Positions 25,896 to 37,700 of a DNA stretch of 64,000 nucleotides are shown here, piece after piece. Below the pieces are notes generated by a model, which was not told where the DNA came from, ran no database searches, and saw only the letters and a program-made list of their open reading frames with translations. The DNA is from Octopus vulgaris (lineage: Eukaryota). How positions within the stretch are numbered: position 1 is the stretch's first letter; each line of letters opens with the position of its first letter. The DNA lies in assembly GCA_951406725.2 (NCBI GenBank), contig OX597832.1, forward strand, positions 44,950,001-45,014,000. Reading direction: 5' to 3'. The translations under genes and the position numbers were made by a program.

Positions 25896-28059
25896 TGTGT
25901 GTGTACCAGCACAGAACAAAAATTGTATGTGGTAAATATTAAATTGCATCAAATTCAAAGGAACTATTTTTGTATATAAAGTTGATTAAAGAAAATATAT
26001 AAAAATTTGTTGTAAACATAAAAAAAAGAAACCAAGAAATTTCTTTATTGCAAAATTTTCAAAAGATATGAAAATATTGAAATATTGGAGTTTATCTGCA
26101 ATTATTACTCAGTTTTACTTATATTGGCTTTTATTGTGATCACCTTCATATAAATTATGGTATTCTTTCTTCTGTACATACATTTGAATATGAAATATCA
26201 TGATAGCATAACTTACAAAGATTTATAGAAGTATAACTGTGACCTATTTAAAATAATGATGGCCACAACTCTTACATAGTAATAGAAAAAAATGTTGACC
26301 CTTATTAGGAAAATACAAAAAGCAAAAACATTATATTCATCATCATCGTTTAACGTCCGCTTTCCATGCTAGCATGGGTTGGACGGTTCGACCGGGGTCT
26401 GGGAAGCCAGGTGCTGCACCAGGCTCCAGTCTGATCTGGTAGTGTTTCTACAGCTGGATGCCCTTCCTAACGCCAACCACTCCGTGAGTGTAGAGGGTGC
26501 TTTTTACATGCCACCGGCACAGGTGCCAGACGAGGCTGGCAAACGGCCACGATTGGATGGTGCTTTTTATGTGCCACCGGCACGGGGGCCAGGCGAGGCT
26601 GGCAAATGGCCACGATTGGATGGTGCTTTTTATGTGCCACCGGCACGGGGGCCAGGCGAGGCTGGCAACGGCCACGAACGGATGGTGCTTTTTACGTGCC
26701 ACTGGCACGAGGCCAGTCGGGGCGGTGCTGGCAACGGCCACGTTCGGATGGTTCTCTTACGTGCCACCGGCACTGGTATCTCAGCTAGAATTTCCATTGA
26801 TCGATTTCGATTCTGATTCTCACTTGCCTCAACAGGTCTTCACAAGTAGGCAATAATAGAAAAAAATGTTGACCCTTATTAGGAAAATACAAAAAGCAAA
26901 AACATTATATTCTTTAATCATTTTACAAGATAATGCTTACTGGAAAGTAAGGGAGCCAGCTTCATCATCATCATCACTATCACTTTATATTTGCCCTCTA
27001 CCTGGGATGTAGCCAGCCCACTTATGCATTCCTTTTCTTCTTGGGACACAGAACTCCACTTGTGAAGACCTGCTGAGGCAAGTGAAAATCAAAATCGTAA
27101 TCTATCAACATCAATGGAATTTGTAGCTGTGATACCAGTGCCAGTGGCACGTAAGAGAACCATCCGAACGTGGCCATAGCCAGCGCCACCCTGACTGGCC
27201 TCTGTGCCGGTGGCACATAAAAAGCACCATCCAATCGTGGTCGTTTGCCAGCCTCGTCTGGCACCTGTGCCAGTGGCACGTAAAGAGCACCCACTACACT
27301 CATGGAGTGGTTGGCGTTAGGAAGGGCATCCAGCCGTAGAAACACTGCTAGATCAGACTGGGCCTGGTTCAGCCTTCTGGCTTCCCAGACCCCAGCTGAA
27401 CCATCCAACCCATGCTAGCATGGAAAGCGGACGTTAAACGATGATGATGATGATGTGTCAGGCACAAACTTTATACAGTATACCCAGTGCAAGCTATGGA
27501 CACGTAAGAGGTGCAGTGGTATCACAGTAAGGTTAACACAGTAAGTAGTCTGTGTGTGTGGCAGATATGCAAGTACAATAGAAATTAGGAATGTAGAGAA
27601 AAAAGACTTCCTCAGGGCGCAGGAGGGGCTGTGTGGTAAGTAGCTTGCTTACCAATCACATAGTTGCAGGTTCAGTTCCACCGCGTGGCACCTTGAGCAA
27701 GTGTCTTCTACTATAGCCTCGGACCGACCAAAGCCTTGTGAGTGGATTTGGTAGACGGAAACTGAAAGAAGCCCGTTGTATATATGTGTGTGTGTGTGTG
27801 TGTGCGTATGTGTGTTTATGTGTGTGTGTGTGTGTGTCTGTGTTTGTGTGTCTGTGTTTGTCCCCCCAACATCGCCTGACAACCGATGCTGGTGTGTTTA
27901 CGTCCCTGTCACTTAGCAGTTCAGCAAGAGAGACTGATAGAATATGTACTAGGCTTACAAAGAATAAGTCCTGGAGTCGATTTGCTTGACTAAAGGCGGT
28001 GCTCCAGCATGGCCACAATCAAATGGCTGAAACAAATAAAAAAAATTAAAATGTCTAGA

Positions 28060-28670
28060 GGGGTCCTTAGAAGTAGTAGACAGTTTCCGTTAGCTAGGTG
28101 ACCAAGTTAGCAGTGGAAGAGGAAGCCCTGAAAGTATAGTTGCAAGAATAAGAACTGGCCGGATAATGTTCAGAGAGCTTTTACTTTTGTTGGTAACAAA
28201 GGACCTCTCCCTCAGAGCGAAAGGCAGATCGTATGATGCCTGTACACAAATAGCTATACAACATGGCAGTGAAACATGGGCTGTGACTGCAGAGGAAATG
28301 CAAAGGCTTAAAAGAAATGAAGCCAGTATTCTCCACTGGATGTGCAATGTATGACAGAGTGTAAGGGTCTTGAGAGAAAAACTGGGCATAAGTGATATCA
28401 GATGCTAGTGCTGCCTGACTGGGCCCCGTGCCAGTGGCACATAAAAAGCACCCACTACACTCTCGGAGTGGTTGGCATTAGGAAGGGCATCCAGCTGTAG
28501 AAACCTTGCAAGAACAGATTGGAGCCTGGTGCAGTGCAGCCTCCTGGTTTGCCAGTCCTCAGTCAAACTGCCCAACCCATGCCAGCATGGAAAGCGGATG
28601 TTAAACAATGATGATGATGATGAGGATGATGATGATGACGATGACGATGATGATGATGGTGATGATGACT
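28060..28670 (+). mobile_element. RTE LINE fragment (RT C-terminal region joined to family B 3' end)
   Basis: LEVVDSF.LG...ARIRTG..MFRELL..L...KGRSYDAC....HGSETWAVT....RLKRNE. Confidence 0.85.
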
Positions 28671-28699
28671 ATTAAAGAATGAAGCAAAATAACAACATT

Positions 28700-29250
28700 A
28701 TTTTTCATTTTTTACAAAAAAAAAGGTTTGCCCAGTTTGCATGGTAAGGAACCAATAAAATTTGTTCATTGTGAAGAAGAAGGAACCTTGACTGAAGCTT
28801 CCCATAGGATCTCCTCCTCACGTTAGCAGTTCCATTACAGCCCTGGCCACGTCCCCTTGTACAAGGCCAAACCTTCCAGTTCTTCACCAGTTAGTTTCAG
28901 ACTTAATATCACATTCTTCAAAGAAATGTTTTTTGATTTCATTGGCAGACACAGCGAATGTAGAAGCCCGTTCAATGAGAGGAAACATCTGTAGTTTTAT
29001 CCATATGAAATTAATATATAGTTGCTGTCTTGATTTCATTTGATATTGATTTTTCTTCCTTAAATAACCAACAACTTGGTTATGTCATTTCGAATGTGAT
29101 TTGAGAGCCTTGACACTTGTGATTTCTCTTTAGATGAGGTAAACTGAACAATTTTCGATGGTTCTTGATAATGCTGTCATATTTAGCAAACATTTTGATT
29201 GAATCAAGGATGTTTTCCTTGTTCAAACTTGCTTGATATTCTCCAAGTAG
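28700..29250 (-). mobile_element. Decayed hAT transposase (ZMYM1/DUF4371-like)
   Basis: Minus-strand remnants FAKYDSIIKNH, LSNHIRNDI, MDKTTDVS, TGEEL and RGQGCNGTANV across several frames. Confidence 0.7.
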
Positions 29251-29601
29251 AAACAAAACATATTAAGAAAAAAAAAAATTCAAATAACAAATATCTTCTT
29301 AAATATCTTTTTTCTAATTCAACAGAAACATCAATCATTTTTCAGGACTCTGTTACAGTAATGATAATAATAATAATCCTTTTTATGATAGGCACAAGGC
29401 CTGGAATTTGGGGAAGTGGGGCTAGTTGATTACATTGACCCCCAGTGCTCAACTGGTATTTATTTCATTGATCCCAAAAGGATGAAAGACAAAGCCGACC
29501 TCAGCAGGATTTGAACTCAGAATGTGAAGCTGGGCAAAATACTGCTAAGCATTTTGCACACTGTGCTAATGATTCTGCCAGCTCGATGTCTTAATAATAA
29601 T

Positions 29602-30093
29602 GTGCCCTGGGAATGATTGTCATAGGTGCCCTGGGAATGATTGTCATAAGTGCCCTGGGAATGATTGTCATAGGTGCCCTGGGAATGATTGTCATAGGTG
29701 CCCTGGGAATGATTGTCATAGGTGCCCTGGGAATGAGACTAAAACAATACCTGTTGTCATAGGTGCCTTGGGAATGATAGCAAAAGGGGCTGATTGCTAC
29801 CTAACTCAGATACCAGGAAACCCAAAATGACAGAAATTGAAAAGATAGTGCTCATGGGAACTGCCCATATCCTACGCAAAATACTTTCTATGTAACCTCA
29901 AGTTTTAAAACAAACATAATTTTCGTATGTTTTTTTCTTTTTTAGACATTCACTAGTACAACACTAAATACAAAACCAAATATATGGCACACTAGGCATA
30001 ACAACAACATGAACTTCCAACCTGTTGTCTCTTGAGGTCTCTGGGTGAGACTTGGAGCCAACTTGTACAAATATAAAGCAAAAGTCAAACATA

Positions 30094-30142
<49 letters not shown>
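29602..30142 (+). mobile_element. 5'-truncated Dong/R4-like non-LTR element in a (TAA)n target
   Basis: TKTIPVVIGALG...IEKIVLMGTAHILRKILSM* resembles the C-terminus of R4/Dong ORFs. TAA repeats on both sides; Dong elements are known to target (TAA)n. Confidence 0.82.
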
Positions 30143-30145
<3 letters not shown>

Positions 30146-30159
30146 GATAATAATTAATT

Positions 30160-30460
30160 AATTCGTTTATTTGCCACAAGGGCTGACAAAAATATATTAA
30201 AACATAAAGGGACAGAACACAGGACGAAAATTACAAAGGGCTTTTTCCATTTGCAAAAAACCCTTTAAAAATTCTAGAGATAACAACGAAAATATAACAA
30301 TTGAAATTCCCAATAGGGGGATGCACTTCGAAAGGTTACTCGTGGAAAAACCCATAAAAGCCATGGGAGCCTGGTCAAAAGTGTGGGGGGGGGGGACGTA
30401 GAGAGCCCTTTTCTCCTTTATTTCCTTTTAATTCTCACAGGTGTATCCTCAGAATTCCGT
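30160..30460 (-). mobile_element. Probable non-LTR (Tx1/L1-like) 3' end
   Basis: Minus-strand short coding tail (..LRIHL*), T-rich UTR and AATAAA; appears interrupted by the 30464-31077 element. Confidence 0.35.
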
Positions 30461-30463
30461 TCG

Positions 30464-31077
30464 GGATCTTTTCCTTTTGAACGGCAGATGTCAACACAAT
30501 TTCTAGTTAACTAAACACTTTTAAACTTCGTATACTGGTAGAATGTGTTTATAAAACATCATTTTCTCTTGGTTTTATTGAGAAAATTCTATAGTTTGTA
30601 AGATATTTCGTCTGAAAATCCGAGCATTTCGGCAATTTTAACCAATCGATTACCTCCATTCAACTAAAATCATTTGCTGCATCTAAAACTGAGACCAACA
30701 TCCTGTAACTAACCCTAAATTTTTTTTCTTAATTGTTAAATTAATTTAATTCCATTGCTTTAGTTTTTTTTACACGTGTAACAATTAAATTAATTTAACA
30801 ATTAAGAAAAAAAAAATTTAGGGTTAGGGTTAGGGGGAGGTTTAGGGTTAGTTACAGGATGTTGTCTCAGTTTTAGACGCAGCAAATGATTTTAGCTCAA
30901 AAGAGAGCATAGGATTGGTTAAAATTCGAAAAATTAAACTACGTTAAACAAACAAATTACAATTTTCTCAAGAAAGCCAAGAGAAAAATGTTTTATTTTG
31001 ACACATTCTACCAGTATACGAAGTGTTAAAGTGTTTAGTTAACTAGAAATTGTCTGCCGTTCAAAAGGAAAAGATCC
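30464..31077. mobile_element. Foldback (near-fully palindromic) MITE containing TTAGGG repeats
   Basis: Ends GGATCTTTTCCTTTTGAACGGCAGA / TCTGCCGTTCAAAAGGAAAAGATCC; the arms stay complementary nearly to the centre (about 30765). Confidence 0.85.
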
Positions 31078-31109
31078 TTGGTCCGTTCATACTGGCCATT
31101 TAATAATAA

Positions 31110-31504
31110 TCTTTATATATAAAAGTCAAGTTGTGTGTCTGTCTCCTACGATTTAGATTCCTAACTACTCCCACATTTTGCGGTGCAGTTTAACCAAAAC
31201 CGGGTATCTTATAGTCGTGATTCATATTGAGCCCTTCTGGGTATTAGCACGCGTCTACGATGAGTCTACGATTTTAAAAAAAATTACCATCATTTTTTTC
31301 CATTTTAATGCATTTTTTTCGCTATTATATAAGGGAAGTAACTCTCTAAAAATGTCTACGATGAATCAACGATTTAAAAAAAAATTACCATCATTTTTTT
31401 TCCATTTTTAATGCATTTTTTTGCTATTTTTTGGCTATAACTCTAAAAATGCTTATATAGTTATTTCCCTTACAAACCCGAGCAACGCCGGGCGATACTG
31501 CTAG
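31110..31504 (+). mobile_element. Non-autonomous Helitron
   Basis: A|TC start, CCCGAGCAACGCCGGG hairpin, CTAG|T end; same 3' end as 20504-22161. Confidence 0.82.
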
Positions 31505-31680
31505 TTTATAATAATAAAACAGTGTTAATTGGGGGTGAACGAAAGATAACGACAGTGTAACGACTCGTAGAAACAGCGAGGCGTAGCAGTCGATGTGAAA
31601 AGTGAAAGCATTGGATGTTATGACAGGTGCCCGATACGAAACTAAAGATCCTTGCTATAAGTACCGAGTGAAATGGCGGA
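31505..31680 (+). promoter_or_regulatory. Probable CMSS1 core promoter / 5' UTR
   Basis: Only non-repetitive stretch between the Helitron end and the ATG; CpG-rich relative to the window; YY1-like AAATGGCGG overlaps the start codon. Confidence 0.45.
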
Positions 31681-31748
31681 CGATTTAGATGAGGAATGGT
31701 GGCTGAACAACCAACAGGAAACCCAAAATCACTCCGATGACGAAAGAT
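31673..31748 (+). CDS. CMSS1: CMSS1 (Cms1 ribosomal small-subunit biogenesis factor homolog) coding exon 1
   Basis: Translates MADDLDEEWWLNNQQETQNHSDDER, resembling the MADDLGDEWW N-terminus of vertebrate CMSS1. Donor GTGAGT at 31749; phase 1. Confidence 0.9.
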
Positions 31749-31977
31749 GTGAGTGTTTTACGTTGTTAGGAGCTTATGGCTCGATCCCTTAATATACCTG
31801 TGTTGTTTCACAAAATTTCTTGAGGTGCTTCCGTGTTTTTTTCACCTCTTTTGCTGTTTCCATGTCGTGTTCTGAGAGACGTGAACTTTGGTAAAACTAT
31901 CGTTCTTTATGATATTTCCTAATTTAAATTTAACCAGGTATCTTGAAGTTGAAAATTATACCATTATACCATTGATG

Positions 31978-32272
31978 GGTACTACCAGCGAACAGTGGTC
32001 CCGGTGCGCGCACTCGCGTACTCGCGCATCCGCGCCAGCTAGTCATGACTAGTCGATCCTTACTTTGTGTTTTTGTGTTATTTACTTTGTTTAAATAATT
32101 AATTACTTTGTGTTTTTGTGTTTTATTTACTTTGTTTAACAAAAATTATTCATTTTGTGTTTTATTTACTTTGCTAGGTTACTCGTTGTAGGATCGACTA
32201 GTCACGACTAGCTAGTGCGGATGCGCGACTGCACGTGTGTGCGCACTGGGACCACTGTTTGCTAATAGTACC
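31978..32272. mobile_element. MITE with ~85-bp TIRs and 9-bp TSD (Merlin- or Mutator-like)
   Basis: CCATTGATG|GGTACTA ... TAGTACC|CCATTGATG. Confidence 0.85.
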
Positions 32273-33614
32273 CCATTGATGTTCTTCACATCTTTTTTTT
32301 TCCCCCCGCAAGCTTTTGACATCATAGAAGAGTTGTCGGTTTCCCTTATGTAGCATATGCGATTAACACGTGCTTCCTTGCGAGAATCCGCCAGGATACG
32401 AACACATAATTTTTCCCTATTAATTTGTCTAAACCGAAGATCTCTCCACATAAAAACTTCGACCAAAGGTGTGGCTGTCGCCCATAATATAAGAAAATTG
32501 ATGTGGTGATAGCTATTATATTTCTTTAATAAAGCTACGAACGATGTTTGTGGGGGACAAATATCTAGATGCTTAACCGCAGTTTAGCTTGTTAAATTAT
32601 TCTGAGCTAACGAATAGAAATTGCATATAATTAATATTTAATATCATTAATATTTAAGTTGTCGTTTTCTTGCTTTGTTTTTTCTTATGTGTTAAAAAAC
32701 AAAGTTCTAGTCTAAGGTTAATATTAATCGTGTATAAAATATATTTTAGTAAATTTTTAAATGATATCATACGAACTCATATAACATTTTTGTTTTTTGT
32801 ATATGTCCTGTGTTGTCCCATTCTGTATAAGATCGTCCTGATCATAATAAAGATTTCATTAATATTATTTAAGTTGTACGGTTAAGTTTCTGTTGCGATT
32901 GGATGGTTATTGCTATTCGATGCTATTTATTTGAAGTTTCATCAAACTACAGTTGAAGAGGTTGTCATTCATTCATACAACAAAAAGTATGAAGTAGTGT
33001 AAAATGAGACAAAAGCGGCCTGATTAGTTTTACGTATCAAAAGTAAAAGGGACAAAAGCATGTACTTCGTTTCGGTACATATGTTGCCATAAGACTGTAT
33101 ATATGTTTTAACTTTCAATTTTGCTTGATTTTCAGTAACTTGTTATTATAGGAATAAAAATAACCCATAAGCTTTCCGATTCTGACCATCCAGTCATCTA
33201 TATGCAATATATACTCTTTTACTTGTTTCAGTCATTTGACTGCGGCCATGCTGGAGCACCGCCTTTAGTCGAGCAAACCGACCCCGGGACTTATTCTTTG
33301 TAAGCCCAGTACTTATTCTATCAGTCTCTTTTGCCGAACCGCTAAGTGACGGGGACGTAAACACACCAGCATCGGTTGTCAAGCGATGCTGGGGGGGACA
33401 AACACAGACACACAAACATACATATATATATATATACATATATACGACAGGCTTCTTTACAGTTTCCGTCTACCAAATCCACTAATAAGGCTTTGGTCGG
33501 CCCGAGGCTATAGCAGAAGACACTTGCCCAAGATGCCAGTGGGACTGAACCCGGGACCATGGTTGGTTAGCAAGCTACTTACCACACAGCCACTCCTCCT
33601 ATCGTTATATATAA

Positions 33615-33776
33615 CCGCATTTTAACGCGTATAAGGAACCCCTTAATTTTAGGGACTTGAAATTTAGGAAAAAAGGTTTTGTAAGGGGTTATAATACTAT
33701 CCATGTATAAGAAACTCACACATTTTTAAACCTAATTTTTGACAAGAAAGGGTTCCTTATACACGTTGAAATACGG
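33615..33776. mobile_element. Small Tc1/pogo-type MITE
   Basis: CCGCATTTTAACGCGTATAAGGAACCC ... GGGTTCCTTATACACGTTGAAATACGG|TA. A related half copy lies at 51230-51323. Confidence 0.75.
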
Positions 33777-34054
33777 TATATATTTATGTGTGTGTGTGTG
33801 TAACGTCCGTTTTCCATGCGGGCATAGGTTGATTGGTTTGACAGGAACTTGGCAAGTCAGAAGACCAAACTCTGCTGTCTTTGGCAGGGTTTCTATGGCT
33901 AGGCGCCCTTACTAACACCAACCACTTTGCAGAGTGTATCTGGTGTATTTTACATCACACCAGCAACAGTGAGATCACCAAGTAACTTGCAGTACAAGAC
34001 CCCTCAGTTGGGTCGAAAGTAGTATTAAAAGGGACAATATATATACACATTCAT

Positions 34055-34393
34055 GTGAAGGCGCATGGCTTAGTGGTTAGAGTGTTGAGCTTACGATCGT
34101 GAGGTTGTGAGTTCGAATCCCGGACCGGGCTGCGTGTTGTGTTCTTGAGCAAGACACTTTATTTCACGTTGCTCCAGTTCACTCAGCTGTAGAAATGAGT
34201 TGCGACGTCACAGGTGCCAAGCTATATCGGTCTTTGCCTTTCCCTCGGATAACATCAGTGGTATGGAGAGGGGAGGCCAGTATGCATGGGCGACTGCTGG
34301 TCTTCCATAAACATCCTTGCCCGGACTTGTGCCTGGGAGGGTAACTTTCTTGGTGCAATCCCATGGTCTGTGTCATGACTGAAGGGGGGTCTC
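34055..34393 (+). mobile_element. tRNA-derived SINE with a conserved (Meta/Deu-like) core
   Basis: A box TGGCTTAGTGG, B box AGTTCGAATCC, then CTTGAGCAAGACACTTTATTTCACGTTGCTCCAGTTCACTCAGCTGTAGAAATGAG. Confidence 0.7.
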
Positions 34394-34708
34394 AGAATAT
34401 ACACATTCATACATGAAAGTATTCTCTCTGTTTATGATCACAAAATGAAAGTGAAAAATTATTGTAAGCAAGCAGCATTAAAAAAACTTGAAATTTTTGA
34501 AAAAATTTTCAAAGTTGTCATAAAAGCACCCACTACACTCTCGGAGTGGTTGGCATTAGGAAGGGATTAAGCTGTAGAAACTCTGCCACATCAGATTGGA
34601 GTCTGGTTCGGTCCCACTGCGTGGCACCTTGGACATGTATTGTCTACTAAAGCCTCAAATCAACTAAAGTGTTGTGAGTGGATTTAGTAGACAGAAACTG
34701 AAAGAAGC

Positions 34709-34748
<40 letters not shown>

Positions 34749-37700
34749 CATTATTATCATCATATGTTTGTTTTCCATGCTGGCATGGGTTGGGCAATTT
34801 GACTGGAAACTGGTTAGCTGGGAAGCTGCACCAGGTTCCAATCTGATTTGGCCTTCCTAAAACCTACCACAGGAGTGTAGTGGGTGCTCTTTACGTGCCA
34901 GTTATGAAACACCAGCATCAACCACGACAGTATATGTGTGTGTGTGTATGCATGTGTCTCTATCTTCTACCACTGTTTGACAATCAGTGTTGGTGTGTTT
35001 ACATCCCTGTAACTTAGCAGTTTGGCAAAAGAGGCTGATAGAATAAGTACTAGGCTTTTAAAAAAAACCGTGTGACTGGCCCTCGTGCCGGTGGCATGTA
35101 AAAGCACCCACTATACTCTTGTAGTGGTTGGCATTAGGAAGGGAGTCCAGCTGTAGAAACTCTGCCAGATCAAGATTGGAGCCTGGTGCAGCCATCTGGT
35201 TCGCCAGCCCTCAGTCAAATTGTCCAACCCATGCTAGCACGGAAAGCGGACGTTAAACGATGATGATGATGATGATGATGAAGTACAGGAGTCAATTCAT
35301 TCGGACTAAAATTCTTCAAGGCAGTGCCCCAGCATGGCCGCAGTTTAATGACTGAAACAAGTAAAAGATAGGAGTGGCTGTGTGGTAAGTAGCTTGCTAA
35401 CCAGCCACATGGTTCTGGGTTCAGTCCCACTGCGTGGCATCTTGGGCAAGTGTCTTCTGCTATAGCCCCGGGCCGACCAATGCCTTGTGAGTGGATTTGG
35501 TAAACGGAAACTGAAAGAAGCCTGTCGTATATATGTATATATGTATGCGCGTGTATGTTTGTGTGTCTGTGTTTGTCCCCCTAGCATTGCTTGACAACCG
35601 ATGCTGATGTGTTTACGTCCCCGTTACTTAGCAGTTCGGCAAAAGAGACCGATAGAATAAGTACTAGGCTTACAAAGAATAAGTCCCGGGGTCGATTTGC
35701 TCGACTAAAGGCGGTGCTTCAGCATGGCCACAGTCAAATGACTGAAACAAGTAAAAGAGTAAAAGAGTAAGAGATCTACCAGGTTATTTTTAACATATTG
35801 TATGATGATAATAGATGTTCACAGTCAGCATACTAATTTGCATTCTAGAAATCTGCTCAAGTTCTTTGATGATATGAAAGATCCATCCGGTTCTCATAAT
35901 ATATGTTCTGGAACTTATTTTTATCACTTTTCAATACCGTGGCATTTTAGTCACATTGTTTGTTATCGATCTGCCAAATCTGTGTCAGGACCGATTTTAT
36001 GAATATTACGATTGTCGTCATCATTACCATCAGCTTACATAACTCTTTAGTCGTGCTGTTTGTCAGCTGGTTAGATACAGCAAGTTCAAACCAGTTGAAC
36101 GTGAAGTTTTCAAGGTAACAAATTACTTAATTACGGAAACTTCTGTGATCTGTGACAAATTGATTTCTTTTGTTCAGTGTTAGCTTTGTTCCATTGAGTT
36201 CAGAGAAGAGTGTTTCCTCTCTGCCTCTAAGTAGTGGTTTCTTCACAATGTACTTGGCATTTTTTTTTATACAGAACCTGAATTTCTGGTGTAAGTGTTG
36301 AGACAATTTCCTAATGACTGACAAGAATATCTCCATATATTTTATCAACTGTGTCTTGGTGCTTGAGGAGACCTATTGAGTCAAGTACATCAACATCAAA
36401 ATAAAAATCAAATGGAAATTGTAGTTGTGATACCCGTGCTGGTGGCACATAAAAAGCACCTTCCAAACGTGGCCGATGCCAGCACCGCCCTGACTGGCTT
36501 CCGTGCTGGTGGCACGTAAAAAGCACCCACTACACTCATGGAGTGGTTGGCGTTAGGAAGGGCATCCAGTTGTAGAAATACTGCCAGATCAGACTGGAGC
36601 CTGCTGCAGCCTCCTGGCTTCCTAGACTTCTGTGACTGTTTTGCCAGGATTTTTATGGCTGGATGCCCTTCCTAACACCGGCCACTCAGTAATAAAAGGG
36701 TTAAAATTATGAAGGGAGGTTTAACTGTTTGGCATTTAAAACAGTCATATCTGGCCCAAATATTCAAACTTGCCAGATCTAACCTCTCACACCTATCCTA
36801 CAATATCATTCTCTAAAAATAAACAGTCACATCATTGAAATCTTGATGCTACAAGATAATGCATAATCCATTCAAAACAATGTGAATAAATTAAGCATCA
36901 TATTTGACAGAGTAATGTGAATGGTAAAGGATTAAGCACGGTTTCACCTGGTCTGTTTGGATGATGTGGCTGTGACCGTTTTTGGTTGGGCATAATCTAT
37001 AACAGCGTTTCTCAAACTTATTCTGTCAAAAGTAATGTTTGTTTATTCACATTGTTTTGAATGGATCATGCATTATCTTGTAGCTTTGAGATAAGGTAGC
37101 TGTTAATTTTTAAAACGATATTGTAGGGTTGGTGTGAGAGACCAGATCTGGCCAGTTTGAACATAAGAGAAGTAGAATATTTTGACCGGATATGGCCACT
37201 TCAAATGCTAAAGGGTTGAACTTAAATATGAGAGCAGTGGACAAGATTAACCATGTGGACAAGAATTTCTCTTCATAATCACGTGGTTTCAAGTTTGGTC
37301 CCATTGGTTGACACCAGTGCTCTGTGAGTAAATTTAGTTCTATAGAAAGCACATTATACTGCTTTATTTATATTTTTAAAAAGCCTGCTGGCTTTTTGTA
37401 ACATCGGTGACTGAAAAGTCAGTGTGAGTCTATATATTGTTGCCAGTGAAATTTGGCTGCGATGAAGGACCGGATGCCTGCCAGCAACGAGGTGCAGTAT
37501 GATGAAATTACAGGATCTGATAGATCTAGCACTCGTACCAGACAGTTCTTGCCTGCTATGATATATATACCTATTTCTTTACTACACACAAGGGGCTAAA
37601 CACAGAGGGGACAAACAAGGACAGACAAATGGATTAAGTCGATTACATCGACCCCAGTGCGTAACTGGTACTTAATTTATCGACCCCGAAAGGATGAAAG

